Shown piece by piece: positions 28,128 to 37,873 of a stretch of 64,000 nucleotides of DNA. Within the stretch, counting starts at the first letter, position 1; every line of letters starts with the position of its first letter. Under the pieces are notes generated by a model. The model ran no database searches, was not told where the DNA came from, and was given only the letters and a program-made list of their open reading frames with translations. The stretch comes from an uncultured Candidatus Micrarchaeota archaeon (GTDB lineage: Archaea > Micrarchaeota > Micrarchaeia > Micrarchaeales > Micrarchaeaceae). The position numbers were made by a program, and so were the translations under genes. Where the stretch lies: positions 53,190 to 117,189 of the forward strand of contig CAVUGN010000004.1 of the NCBI GenBank assembly GCA_963741095.1. Reading direction: 5' to 3'.

Positions 28128-29302
28128 TGGTCATCATGCCCGGCAACACCGAAACGGAAATCATCAAGACGATGAAGGAAATCATCCGGATAAAAGCCAT
28201 CTCGCCCTATTCTGGCGGAGAGGGAGAATCGAAAAGGGCAGATTATCTTGAGAAGCTGCTGAAAGGGTGGGGCCTCAAACCAGTCAGATACGACTACATC
28301 GACGGAATGAAGGTAAAACGGTCAAATCTTGTGGTGAAGTACGGCAACAAGAAAAAAACCGTCTGGGTGCTCGCGCACATAGACACCGTGACCGAAGGCG
28401 AAAAAAGCCTGTGGGAAACGCCGCCCTTCGAGGCCGTACTGAAAGACGGGAAGATCTACGGCAGGGGCACCGAAGATGACGGCGAAGGTATAATACCCGG
28501 ATTGTATGCGTTGAAATCCTTGATCGGAAAAGACACAAAATACAATTTCGGCCTTGTTCTGGCTGCGGACGAGGAGCTCGGGAACACCTACGGGATAGCA
28601 AAACTGATGAAAGAGCGCCTGTTCAAAAAAGAGGACATGTTCATCGTTCCGGACTGGGGCGTGCCGAAGGGCGACCAGATAGAGATAGCGGAGAAAGGCA
28701 TGCTCTGGCTGAAGATAACCGTCACCGGGAAGCAGGTGCATGCGGCCCATCTCGGTAAGGGGCTGAACACCTTCAGGGAGTCCGCAAGGTTCATGCTCGA
28801 AGCTGACGCATACCTGCACCGGAAATACACCAAGAAGACGAAGCTCATGCCCGACGGTTCAACCTTCGAGATGACAAAGCATGAGGCGAACGTGGGCAGC
28901 GTAAACATAATACCCGGCAAGGACGTCTTCTACATCGATGCCAGGATACTGCCCTGCTACAGCGCAGGCGAGATAATCAAGGACCTTAACCGGATAAAAA
29001 AGAGATTCAAGGTAAAGATAGCCGTGGAAGTGATAGGATCGGAAGGCGTCAGGTCCGAGCCGACCGATGCGAACGCGGAGGTCATAGGGATCCTCAGCGA
29101 GGCGATAAAAATGGAACTGGGGAAGACGCCCAAACTGGTTGCCATAGGCGGCGGCACCATAGCCAAGTTCCTGAGAAATGCCGGATTCGATGCGGCAGTG
29201 TGGGGCATAGAGAACGGCATGGCGCACCAGCCAAACGAGTACACAAGGATAGACAACCTGAAGAAAATAATGAGGGTATTGATCAGAATAGTCTCCCCAT
29301 AA
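28124..29302 (+). CDS. M20 family metallohydrolase (DapE/ArgE-like)
   Basis: AHIDTV, GRGTEDD, DEE, EKG, AHQPNE; start overlaps the M1 peptidase stop. Confidence 0.88.
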   Translation: MMVIMPGNTETEIIKTMKEIIRIKAISPYSGGEGESKRADYLEKLLKGWGLKPVRYDYIDGMKVKRSNLVVKYGNKKKTVWVLAHIDTVTEGEKSLWETPPFEAVLKDGKIYGRGTEDDGEGIIPGLYALKSLIGKDTKYNFGLVLAADEELGNTYGIAKLMKERLFKKEDMFIVPDWGVPKGDQIEIAEKGMLWLKITVTGKQVHAAHLGKGLNTFRESARFMLEADAYLHRKYTKKTKLMPDGSTFEMTKHEANVGSVNIIPGKDVFYIDARILPCYSAGEIIKDLNRIKKRFKVKIAVEVIGSEGVRSEPTDANAEVIGILSEAIKMELGKTPKLVAIGGGTIAKFLRNAGFDAAVWGIENGMAHQPNEYTRIDNLKKIMRVLIRIVSP

Positions 29303-29555
29303 CTCCCCTTTCAGATCCCTTTTCCGTGCAAAAGACGTAGCCCATACATACCTTTATAATTGTTGATATCACTATAGTATTGTCAAAATAGTCATACAGA
29401 ATAGAGGTATCAAGATGGCGCGTTTCTATAAGATTTTAAGAAAGGTTTGCTCATTATCTGTAATACGTGAAGAGTTAAGTCTGTAATCAGTAGCATCAAC
29501 GCGCTTCTCTATCCTTATGGCTAGGTTGACACTAGAAAAAAAAACAGGTGTCAAA

Positions 29556-31079
29556 ATGGCAAAAACGTACATAGACGTTGTAAAATACATGGTAAATGCG
29601 AAGTTCGAAATCTCCGGACTGGTGGAAAAGCCGGACATAATTGGGGCAGTTTTCGGCCAGACCGAAGGCCTTCTTGGCGGCGGTCTTGACCTGAGGGAGC
29701 TGCAGAAGAACGGCAAGATCGGAAGAATAGAGATCGACGTTCAAACTTCAAACAATAAAACTTTAGGAAAGCTCTTCCTTCCTTCATCTTTGGGCAGGGT
29801 AGAGACGTGCATACTTGCGGCCGCGGTAGAATCCGTTGACCGTGTGGGGCCGTTCGAGACTGCGTTCAAAGTCGAAAAGATAGAAGACACGAGAAACGAG
29901 AAGAGAAGGAAGATAATCGCAAGGGCGAAGGATCTGCTCAAGACGCTGCTCACGACCGAGATACCGGACAGCAAGGAGATCAGCGAGGTCGTGGAATCGG
30001 ATGTCAAGTCAAGCGTTGTGACGACCTACGGCACGGACAACCTGCCGGCAGGGCCGGACATAAACGGCAACGAGGAGCTTATTCTTGTAGAAGGCAGGGC
30101 TGACGTGGTCAACTTGCTGAAGAACGACATAGACAACTGCATAGCCATAGGCGGCGCGATCGGCAACATACCGAAGACGATAATCGACCTGTCGAAGTCC
30201 AAGGAGACGACCCTGTTCGTTGACGGAGACCGCGGCGGAGAGATGATAATAAGAGGGGTCGTGAACGTGGCCGAGATAGACTACGTTGCCAAGGCTCCTG
30301 ACGGCAAGGAGGTCGAGGAGCTGACAAGAAAGGACATAATAAAGTCACTTCGGTCAAGGATCCCGATAGAGCAGGTGCTGCCGACCATAAAGGGCGACAA
30401 CGCCGAGCAGGCCAGAAGGCAGGACCAGTTCGACAACCGCCAGAAGTTCCAGAAGCAGACATCGAGGTTCAGCGAGCAGCCTGCGCCTTCACAGTCCCAG
30501 CAGATGGCTCCGGCGCCGATGCAGAGCCAGCCGCAGCAGTACAGGCCGCAGAGCATGGCACAGCCAAGCGCTCCGCAACCAAAGGTGCTGAGCCCGAACG
30601 AGATCTCCAACAGGATGACCGGCAAGCCGGAGCAGAGGGGTCCGGAACTCCACACCTACGGGCTGAGGGACGTGTCCCAACAGAGCAGCAGGCCATCAGG
30701 AATAGACTCAATACCCACTATAGGAAGGCAATCGGCGCCCGCCGCTCCGCAGATGGAGCAGAAGGCGGCCGAAAAGCCGTCAATTCCTCCAGACCCAAAG
30801 CTGATCACGGCTCTGGATGAACTGCACAACACGCTGCGTGGAAGGCTCTACGACCTGAGCGGCGCATTGATATCGGAGGTCCCGATAAGGGAGCTGATAC
30901 AGACCGTGCAGGACGGGACCGGCGTGAGCGCGATAGTGTTCGATGGCATAATAACCCAGAGGCTGGTCGAGCTCGCGAACAAGCAGGGCATCAAGTCGGT
31001 GTACGGCGTCAGGGCCGGACAGCTCTCAAGAGTGTTCGACAACATGCTGCTCTACACGAAGGAGCAGGGCAAGCTGTAG
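29556..31079 (+). CDS. dnaG: Archaeal DnaG (Toprim; exosome-associated)
   Basis: GAVFGQTEGLLG, VEGRADV, FVDGDRGG, KEVEEL, VFDGIITQRL; AGGTG RBS before ATG 29556. Confidence 0.93.
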   Translation: MAKTYIDVVKYMVNAKFEISGLVEKPDIIGAVFGQTEGLLGGGLDLRELQKNGKIGRIEIDVQTSNNKTLGKLFLPSSLGRVETCILAAAVESVDRVGPFETAFKVEKIEDTRNEKRRKIIARAKDLLKTLLTTEIPDSKEISEVVESDVKSSVVTTYGTDNLPAGPDINGNEELILVEGRADVVNLLKNDIDNCIAIGGAIGNIPKTIIDLSKSKETTLFVDGDRGGEMIIRGVVNVAEIDYVAKAPDGKEVEELTRKDIIKSLRSRIPIEQVLPTIKGDNAEQARRQDQFDNRQKFQKQTSRFSEQPAPSQSQQMAPAPMQSQPQQYRPQSMAQPSAPQPKVLSPNEISNRMTGKPEQRGPELHTYGLRDVSQQSSRPSGIDSIPTIGRQSAPAAPQMEQKAAEKPSIPPDPKLITALDELHNTLRGRLYDLSGALISEVPIRELIQTVQDGTGVSAIVFDGIITQRLVELANKQGIKSVYGVRAGQLSRVFDNMLLYTKEQGKL

Positions 31080-31080
31080 G

Positions 31081-31097
31081 CTTCTTTTATTTTTTTG
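31081..31097 (+). terminator. Oligo-T terminator after dnaG
   Basis: CTTCTTTTATTTTTTTG just after the stop. Confidence 0.5.
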
Positions 31098-31237
31098 ATG
31101 CAACACTAGCGTGAGCCATGCGCCAGACGAAGCCGGCAAAATCCTAAATCCGTTGACCGAAGTAACCCCCAATCTTAGATAACTATAAATATTATACTGG
31201 AAGCAAATAATCTCGGCATAAGGATAGAGGGGTTAAA

Positions 31238-31954
31238 ATGGTCCTAAACTCACAACCTAACCAGTCTAGTATAGGATTGTCCAGAATGGATCTGGCGAGC
31301 ATGTTGAGGGAGACTCTTCCTGCGGACACCACGCCAAAAGGCCCCATCGATATTCTTAAAATGGATCCTGCTGCATTCCTGTCAAGATTAGACAAGATCA
31401 AATATCTCGAACCCGCTAGCCTGGAATCAAAAGAGAATCTGGATCTCTTCCGCGCCGAAACACTGGCCGGGGCCAAGGCAAAGGCAACAGATGCCGCTGG
31501 CGGAATCCAACAGATAAAAGATGCGAGAACTCTGGAATGGAAGAACACGCATAACGCAGCGCTATCCTCGCCAAATTACGAAGGAACCGAGGGGCTAAGA
31601 AACAGACTGAGCGAATCCGGCACCAGGTCGTTCTCTGCCGTAATCCGTATCATACACAACAAAATCGGGACAATTGCGAACGACATGCGAAACGATGCCG
31701 CCGAAGACGCCACCATGGCCATGCGATTGATACTGCTGAAGGATCTGGAATTCAATGACAAAGAAAAGCTCGTGCAGATCTACAACGCGAAGATGAACGC
31801 CTGGGATGCTGGGATATGCGTCGCGGCATGCGTGGGCGAGAAAGTCATCGGCTATTACCCGCACACTCTTGCCATACGGCAAGATGCCGCTCCTGCCCGA
31901 TCCTCCATCCGAATTGCGATGGGTTTAAATACCTTTAGTTTAAAACTAATATAG
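31238..31954 (+). CDS. Hypothetical protein
   Basis: 238-aa ORF with upstream TATAAATA and GAGGGG RBS; no family recognised. Confidence 0.65.
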   Translation: MVLNSQPNQSSIGLSRMDLASMLRETLPADTTPKGPIDILKMDPAAFLSRLDKIKYLEPASLESKENLDLFRAETLAGAKAKATDAAGGIQQIKDARTLEWKNTHNAALSSPNYEGTEGLRNRLSESGTRSFSAVIRIIHNKIGTIANDMRNDAAEDATMAMRLILLKDLEFNDKEKLVQIYNAKMNAWDAGICVAACVGEKVIGYYPHTLAIRQDAAPARSSIRIAMGLNTFSLKLI

Positions 31955-31970
31955 TTTAAATTTAAACTAT
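31935..31970. promoter_or_regulatory. Tandem palindromic operator candidate upstream of padR
   Basis: TTAGTTT-A-AAACTAA (31935-31949) and perfect 20-bp ATAGTTTAAATTTAAACTAT (31951-31970), between TATA TTTAAATA (31924) and the padR start. Confidence 0.65.
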
Positions 31971-31980
31971 TCGGTATTTG

Positions 31981-32346
31981 ATGGCGACCAAAAAGCTAGT
32001 GGATCAGAACCGCTACATGAGCAAGGACATGCGGCACATAGTGCTTAAGCTGCTGATACTCAAGAGCATAAAGAACGGAAAAACCTACTCCTACGCGCTG
32101 GTGAAGAAGTTCAGCAACGCCCACATATCGGGCCTGCTGCAGAAGGAAGACGGGAATGTTAAGAACGACATCTACAACACGATAAACGCGCTCGAAAAGT
32201 CGGGGTACATCAGAGTCAAGGCGGGCTCAAACAACGCACGGTCCAAGAAGTATTACACCCTGACCGGGAGCGGCAAAGCGACGCTTGAGCAGACAAAAAA
32301 GATATTCCTCAGCTCGATGAAGAGCTTGATGGAGATAATGAGGTAG
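31981..32346 (+). CDS. PadR family transcriptional regulator
   Basis: LLIL......YSYAL, IYNTINALEKSGYI, KKYYTLTGSG winged-helix signature. Confidence 0.88.
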   Translation: MATKKLVDQNRYMSKDMRHIVLKLLILKSIKNGKTYSYALVKKFSNAHISGLLQKEDGNVKNDIYNTINALEKSGYIRVKAGSNNARSKKYYTLTGSGKATLEQTKKIFLSSMKSLMEIMR

Positions 32347-32351
32347 TTCGA

Positions 32352-33338
32352 TTGGAGAACATGATAGAGGTTAAGAACCTGGTCAAGAAGTTCGGCGACT
32401 TCACCGCAGTCAACGGCATAACGCTTGAGATAAAGAAGGGCGAGATATTCGGGCTTCTCGGCCCCAACGGCGCCGGCAAGAGCACCACCATAAACATGCT
32501 GCTGGGCCTCATGAAGCCGACATCCGGATCCGTCTACGTCAACGGCGTGGACATGCAGAAGAACCCGAACAAAGGGAAGGAGAAGCTTGGAGTTGTAACT
32601 CAGGAAACGGTCGTCGAGCCAGAGCTAACGGCCGAGCAGAACCTGGAAATATTCGGCAGGCTGTACCATGTCCCCAAGGACAAGCTTGACAAGAAAATAG
32701 GCTTCCTGCTTGATCTCGCCGACCTGAAGGCATTTGCCAAATCCTACGCTGGCACCTTTTCGGGAGGAATGAAGAGAAGATTAGAGACAGTCAAGGCGCT
32801 GGTGCACGATCCGGACATACTGTTCCTCGACGAGCCGACAACGGGCTTGGACATACAGAACAGGACAAAGGTTTGGGCATTGCTCAGGCAGATAAACAGG
32901 GAGAGGAACGTCACGATACTCATGACGACTCAATACCTGGAAGAGGCGGACCAGATGTGCAACCGCATAGGGATCATAGACCACGGCAAGCTGATAGCCC
33001 TGGGTACCCCGGCCGAGCTCAGGCAGAAGACTGGACTCAACACCATACTGGAAGTTTCCGCAGACAGGGATGATTTGGCAAAGATAGCGCAGGTCTTCAA
33101 GAAAATGGGCCTTGATCCCGAGATAGCGAGCAACAAGGTGGTGGCATCAGTGAAGACCGACCCGGTGGGCACAATGGAAAAACTTATCAAGGCCATAAAC
33201 GTCACCAAAATAAAGATACAGAGCGTGAGCATGCACGAGCCAACAATAGACGACGTCTTCCTGAAACTGACCGGATCCGAGGTGAGGGACGAAACGGGCT
33301 CGTACGCCGGAAGGCCAATGGTAATGGGCAGGAGATAG
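32352..33338 (+). CDS. ABC exporter ATP-binding subunit (DrrA-like)
   Basis: GPNGAGKS, FSGGMKRR, LFLDEPT, PTIDDVFL. Confidence 0.93.
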   Translation: MENMIEVKNLVKKFGDFTAVNGITLEIKKGEIFGLLGPNGAGKSTTINMLLGLMKPTSGSVYVNGVDMQKNPNKGKEKLGVVTQETVVEPELTAEQNLEIFGRLYHVPKDKLDKKIGFLLDLADLKAFAKSYAGTFSGGMKRRLETVKALVHDPDILFLDEPTTGLDIQNRTKVWALLRQINRERNVTILMTTQYLEEADQMCNRIGIIDHGKLIALGTPAELRQKTGLNTILEVSADRDDLAKIAQVFKKMGLDPEIASNKVVASVKTDPVGTMEKLIKAINVTKIKIQSVSMHEPTIDDVFLKLTGSEVRDETGSYAGRPMVMGRR

Positions 33339-33339
33339 A

Positions 33340-34446
33340 ATGAGCATAACCTCTGACACAATAACCCTTTTCACAAGGGAATTGCTGATATACAAGAAGA
33401 ACCTCGTGCCGAGCATAGCGAGGGCAGTGATATTCCCCCTGATATTCATCCTCCTTCTGGGAAGCATAGGCAACATACCGAAGAACGTGCCCGTAACGGT
33501 CGTCAACTACGACAACGGCGCCGGATCGATGAGCTTCATAAACCTCCTCGAATCGGGAGGGTCGCTGAGCCTGACTAGCGTGACGAACCAGCAGCAGGCC
33601 ATGAGCATGCTTGCACAGGGAAGCACCACCGCGGTCATAGTGATTCCAGGGGGCTTTTCAGATTCCACCTCCTCACAGATATTCGTTTATATTGATCAGT
33701 CATCATCCGCTTCGGCAGCGGTTGCGGGCAGCGTCATAGGCGCGGCCGCGGCAAAATTCAATGCGAGGCTTGCTGCAGGAAATCCACAGGCGGGCGGCGT
33801 GTCCGTGGTCACCAATCCGGTCTACGGCGCAACCAGCAACAACATCAGCTTCACCGTGGCCGGCATACTCGTTCTCGTCGCCACTTCAGGCGCGATATTC
33901 GGCGGCGGATTCACCGTGCTGTCAGACCGTGAGCTGGGAAACCTCAAGGCATTCCTCATAACTCCGATAAACAAGCTCTCCCTGATGATGAGCAAAATAT
34001 TCTACGGGACGATGCAGTCCGTGTTCAGCGCCTACGCCGCACTGGCGATAGGGCTGCTCTACGGGGCCAGCATCTACTCCGGCGTGTTTGGCACGCTTGA
34101 AATAGCATGGTTCATACTCTTGGCTGGCTTCAGCTTCAGCTGCATAGCCATCACGATGGCGGTAAGAATGAAGTCAACGCAGACCTACGCGCTCGTTGCG
34201 CAGACGCTCACCCTGCCCATGTCGTTCCTGGCCGGTGCACTGGTGCCGGTGTCGTCGCTGCCATCATTTCTCCGGCCTCTTTCTGTCTTCAATCCACTGA
34301 CCTATGCGGTTAATGCCGTGAGAGACATAATGCTCAAGGGCCTGCTGCCGTTCGGGACATTCATGGTAGACTCGGTGATACTCATAGTGTTCTCGCTGGT
34401 CATGCTGGTCATATGCGCGCTTCTGTTTAAAGGAATGAATGAATAA
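33340..34446 (+). CDS. ABC-2 type permease
   Basis: Six TM segments, DRELGNLKAFLITP, NPLTYAVNAVR. Confidence 0.9.
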   Translation: MSITSDTITLFTRELLIYKKNLVPSIARAVIFPLIFILLLGSIGNIPKNVPVTVVNYDNGAGSMSFINLLESGGSLSLTSVTNQQQAMSMLAQGSTTAVIVIPGGFSDSTSSQIFVYIDQSSSASAAVAGSVIGAAAAKFNARLAAGNPQAGGVSVVTNPVYGATSNNISFTVAGILVLVATSGAIFGGGFTVLSDRELGNLKAFLITPINKLSLMMSKIFYGTMQSVFSAYAALAIGLLYGASIYSGVFGTLEIAWFILLAGFSFSCIAITMAVRMKSTQTYALVAQTLTLPMSFLAGALVPVSSLPSFLRPLSVFNPLTYAVNAVRDIMLKGLLPFGTFMVDSVILIVFSLVMLVICALLFKGMNE

Positions 34447-34454
34447 GTGATATC

Positions 34455-36068
34455 ATGGGAAAAAATGAATTTTTGGGCAAGAGTTTTGCGTTGGCTGTGC
34501 TGCTGCTGTTCGCCGTGTACCCTGTCGTGGCCGCGGGAGTGTCCGCCGGGGACGGCGCATTGTCGATAATAAATCTGCAGGTTCTGCCACAGCCTGTGAT
34601 GGCTGGCAGCAACATAACGATAACCTTCCAGCTGTACAACGCATACTCTTCGGCTCTGCAGAACGTCAACCTGCAGATGACCGCATCGAATCCGATCATA
34701 ACCGTTTCGCCATCCAGCACCTACCTGACCAGCGCGATAGGCTCCGGCATATACGACGGCTACACAAACCAGCAGGTTTACGACATACACGTGCCTTCGA
34801 CCATCGCAACGGGCGAGTACACGCTCGATGTGATTGCCAACTATGAGACTTCGCAGCCGGGCGCCACTGGGGGCACGGTGGAGCTGCCTTCGGTATCGGT
34901 GATGCCCATAAGCATGTACATCTACGGCGCACCCAACGTGACCGTCGGAATAAACAACGTTCAGATCGTGTCAAGCAAGCAGCTGCGCGTCAGCACCCAG
35001 ATATCGAACATCGGCTACACCCAGGCGAGCAACGTCCACGTGACGTTCCTGAACTCCAACACCCTGTCTGTCTCCGGGCTGTCATCAATCAACACCTCAA
35101 CGCTCGACGCAGGCTCATCGCTCAGCGCATCGGTGAACTACAACGTTACCGGCAACGCGACGATAGGCGAGGGCGCCTACCCGATGCCTGTGCTGGTCTC
35201 GTACACCTCTAACTACAACATAAGCTACAGCAAGCGGCTCAACCTGACGTCAAGCATAGTGATAAACCAGCCGGACGTGATAGTGCAGCTCGCCAACCCG
35301 CAGCCGCAGTCGCTCTACCGCGGAAAGAACCAGAGCGCCTCTCTCCAGATAGAGAACATAGGCACCGGCGCCGCGAAGAACCTGACCGTGACGCTGCACT
35401 CCGGCAGCGGGATAAACCTGCTCAGCTCCATAAGCAGCTTCTTCATCAACAATCTCGCGCCCAACCAGACGGTGTCCGAGCCCATACTCATAGGCGCGAA
35501 CGGCACCTCGGGCTCAAGCCTGTTGGTGGGTTTGCAGTACTATCCTGCCAGCTACCAGAACCTGATATCGAAGACGCAGGTGCTGAGCCTGTCGATTGCA
35601 CCATCGGCGCAGTTCCTCGTTACGGCTCAGAGCCCGACGTCGCTCGCCCCGGGCGCAACCGCAGTGCCAGTGAAATTCACGGTGGAGAACATCGGCACAG
35701 TCGAAGCTGACCAGGTCCAGTTCAACCTGCAGACCACCTACCCGATAACGCCGATCGCCGGCACTTCGTACGTCAACAGCCTCGAGCCCGGCGCCTCGAC
35801 GAACGTCACCTTTGTGGTGAACGTCGATTCCCAGGGCGTGGTCGGGGACTACCCGATCACGATGTTCGAGAACTGGAAGCAGCCCAACGGGGCATCCAAC
35901 CAGCAGTTCTCCGGCTCGAACGTCTACTTCATGAGCATCGCGAGCTCAGGATCCAGCAGCACGCTGCTCATCATAGGCGTCGTTGTCGTGGCCGCGGTCG
36001 CAGTGGTCGCGTACAGGCGCTTCAAGGCGCCAAAGCAGGCGTCGAAGAAGAAGACGGCCTCATCATAA
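34455..36068 (+). CDS. S-layer domain protein (COG1361/CARDB-like beta-sandwich repeats) with signal peptide and C-terminal anchor
   Basis: Signal peptide, repeated I.N.G...A..V units, many NxS/T sequons, C-terminal TM plus basic tail. Confidence 0.8.
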   Translation: MGKNEFLGKSFALAVLLLFAVYPVVAAGVSAGDGALSIINLQVLPQPVMAGSNITITFQLYNAYSSALQNVNLQMTASNPIITVSPSSTYLTSAIGSGIYDGYTNQQVYDIHVPSTIATGEYTLDVIANYETSQPGATGGTVELPSVSVMPISMYIYGAPNVTVGINNVQIVSSKQLRVSTQISNIGYTQASNVHVTFLNSNTLSVSGLSSINTSTLDAGSSLSASVNYNVTGNATIGEGAYPMPVLVSYTSNYNISYSKRLNLTSSIVINQPDVIVQLANPQPQSLYRGKNQSASLQIENIGTGAAKNLTVTLHSGSGINLLSSISSFFINNLAPNQTVSEPILIGANGTSGSSLLVGLQYYPASYQNLISKTQVLSLSIAPSAQFLVTAQSPTSLAPGATAVPVKFTVENIGTVEADQVQFNLQTTYPITPIAGTSYVNSLEPGASTNVTFVVNVDSQGVVGDYPITMFENWKQPNGASNQQFSGSNVYFMSIASSGSSSTLLIIGVVVVAAVAVVAYRRFKAPKQASKKKTASS

Positions 36069-36080
36069 GAGGCAGTTGCC

Positions 36081-36120
36081 TGGCATCTGCAGCCGCAGCG
36101 TTGCGGTACTGCAGATGTCA
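36081..36120. repeat. GC-rich inverted repeat (strong hairpin)
   Basis: TGGCATCTGCAG/CTGCAGATGTCA outer stem plus CCGCA/TGCGG inner stem. Confidence 0.6.
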
Positions 36121-36182
36121 TTAAGGCATCTCCTATTCCTAATCCAAAAATATAAATATTAGGGCGCAATGACAATACCCTA

Positions 36183-37496
36183 ATGGCAATAGAGTCGAGT
36201 CTGGGGGGTCGCTATCTTGTCAACAGGTCCGAGTTGCCCCAGCTTTTGAAATCGATAGGAGAGATGGCCATCGAAGTGCATTACAACGGGAATTGGAACA
36301 ACACCATCTACTTCAACAACACCGATCACGAACTGTATTTCGGGCAGACCGTCAGGGCGAGGAGGTACTCCACCCCCGCTCCAGATGCAAATTTACAAAT
36401 AGCGCAAAAAGACAAATGGGCGCTGGAGCAGAAGAGCGTGCTGTACTCCAAGAATGAAGTGCTCAAACACATACAAAGCGACAACTACGTCATATCGCAA
36501 ATAAACGACCTGCTAAGGTTCGAGCGCAAGCTGGATGGCGTGAAGCTGTCCGAAGCCCTCAGGCCCTTCATAGCCGTGAGCTCCCTGAGGTCAAGTTTCC
36601 TGGCAAAGAGCGACGCCAGATTCAAGATAACCGTGGACGACCAGACGAAATACTACGCCTTCATGAACAACTATGTTGCAAGGCAGATAGGCCGGGAGGA
36701 CTTCGCAAGGGTGGAGCTGAGGCTGAGCGAGGCAGTTGTTTCCAGCGGTCGCGTGCTGGAGCAGTTCCAAGAGCTGATGCACTCCGTCTGCGCAGTGCCC
36801 GTTATCTCAAAGAAGGACGCCGGCTACAACATGCTTGGCACGAACCTGAAGCTCAAGTACGGCTGGCAGCCTGGGCAGACCGATACAGAAATAGAGTCAA
36901 AGCTCTCCCTCAGCGTGTCCCATCAAAATCTGTTCAACATTATCCTGAACGACTTTGCCACTGACGGGGTGAAGGGATTCGCGCCGTTGGAAAAGTTTCC
37001 CTGCATGCTGGAAGGCGGAAAGATAATCACCTACATGATAACCAAAGACAATCGGTACGTCCGCCTCAATTCCAAAGGCGACCAGCACTTTACTACGACA
37101 AAGGAGGGCAAGGAGATAATGAACGACCCTTACGGTCTGGGCTGCATACTGAAGAGGAATGAGATCGAAACCGAGGTGTCATCTTCGATTCCGAAAGTCA
37201 ACGGTAAAGAGATAGTGCTTTACAAAAAATTCAAGCAATTCTGGGTGTATGGCAAAGAAAGCGGCAATCACTACCACCTCTCGATGGACGGGTGCTACCC
37301 GATAAACGGTAACCAGTCAAGCCTCAACCAGATCGAGGTGGAGAGCACAATGCTGCGCCCCTCAAAAGAGCAGGTGTCGGTTGCGACGAAGGAGATAGCC
37401 GACATCACCAAGCAGCTGATTGATATGCACGACAAACTGAAGCCCACCACGCTCACAAAGCGGGAATGGATATCGGAATTGATACGGTCGGAGTAA
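36183..37496 (+). CDS. Tandem triphosphate-tunnel metalloenzyme (VTC-like + CYTH-like) protein
   Basis: N half NTIYF..T, RARRY, LEQK, KITVD, RVELR (VTC-like); C half TEIESKL, YVRL, RNEIET, QIEVE (CYTH ExExK-like). Confidence 0.65.
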   Translation: MAIESSLGGRYLVNRSELPQLLKSIGEMAIEVHYNGNWNNTIYFNNTDHELYFGQTVRARRYSTPAPDANLQIAQKDKWALEQKSVLYSKNEVLKHIQSDNYVISQINDLLRFERKLDGVKLSEALRPFIAVSSLRSSFLAKSDARFKITVDDQTKYYAFMNNYVARQIGREDFARVELRLSEAVVSSGRVLEQFQELMHSVCAVPVISKKDAGYNMLGTNLKLKYGWQPGQTDTEIESKLSLSVSHQNLFNIILNDFATDGVKGFAPLEKFPCMLEGGKIITYMITKDNRYVRLNSKGDQHFTTTKEGKEIMNDPYGLGCILKRNEIETEVSSSIPKVNGKEIVLYKKFKQFWVYGKESGNHYHLSMDGCYPINGNQSSLNQIEVESTMLRPSKEQVSVATKEIADITKQLIDMHDKLKPTTLTKREWISELIRSE

Positions 37497-37566
37497 GCCC
37501 ACGCAAATCGAATCCTTCTGCTCGAAACAGAAAGCACTTTAATTCTTATCACCTCAGTCTCATCAG

Positions 37567-37827
37567 ATGTTGGTGGGTGCGATGGCAAACAAGAGCATTG
37601 CTTCGGCGTTGGGTCCGACCCTGGCGGTTCTGGGCCTTATCGTGGTCGTAATCGCCGGCGTCGGCGGCATAATATCCAACTGCCCGTCAATATACCTGAG
37701 CTGCGCACACAGCCCGCTGATACTCATCCTGGAAGTGGGCCTGGTCCTCATACTGATAGGGACCTTCGGTCTGGTGTACTACAAGCACGTCATGCTCATC
37801 AGGAAGATAAAGAAGGGCGGCCGCTAG
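37567..37827 (+). CDS. Small two-TM membrane protein
   Basis: Two hydrophobic helices flanking CPSIYLSC; basic tail. Confidence 0.6.
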   Translation: MLVGAMANKSIASALGPTLAVLGLIVVVIAGVGGIISNCPSIYLSCAHSPLILILEVGLVLILIGTFGLVYYKHVMLIRKIKKGGR

Positions 37828-37873
37828 AGAACCTAATAAATACCACGAAATCACAATAATTACGGTGTAGAAC

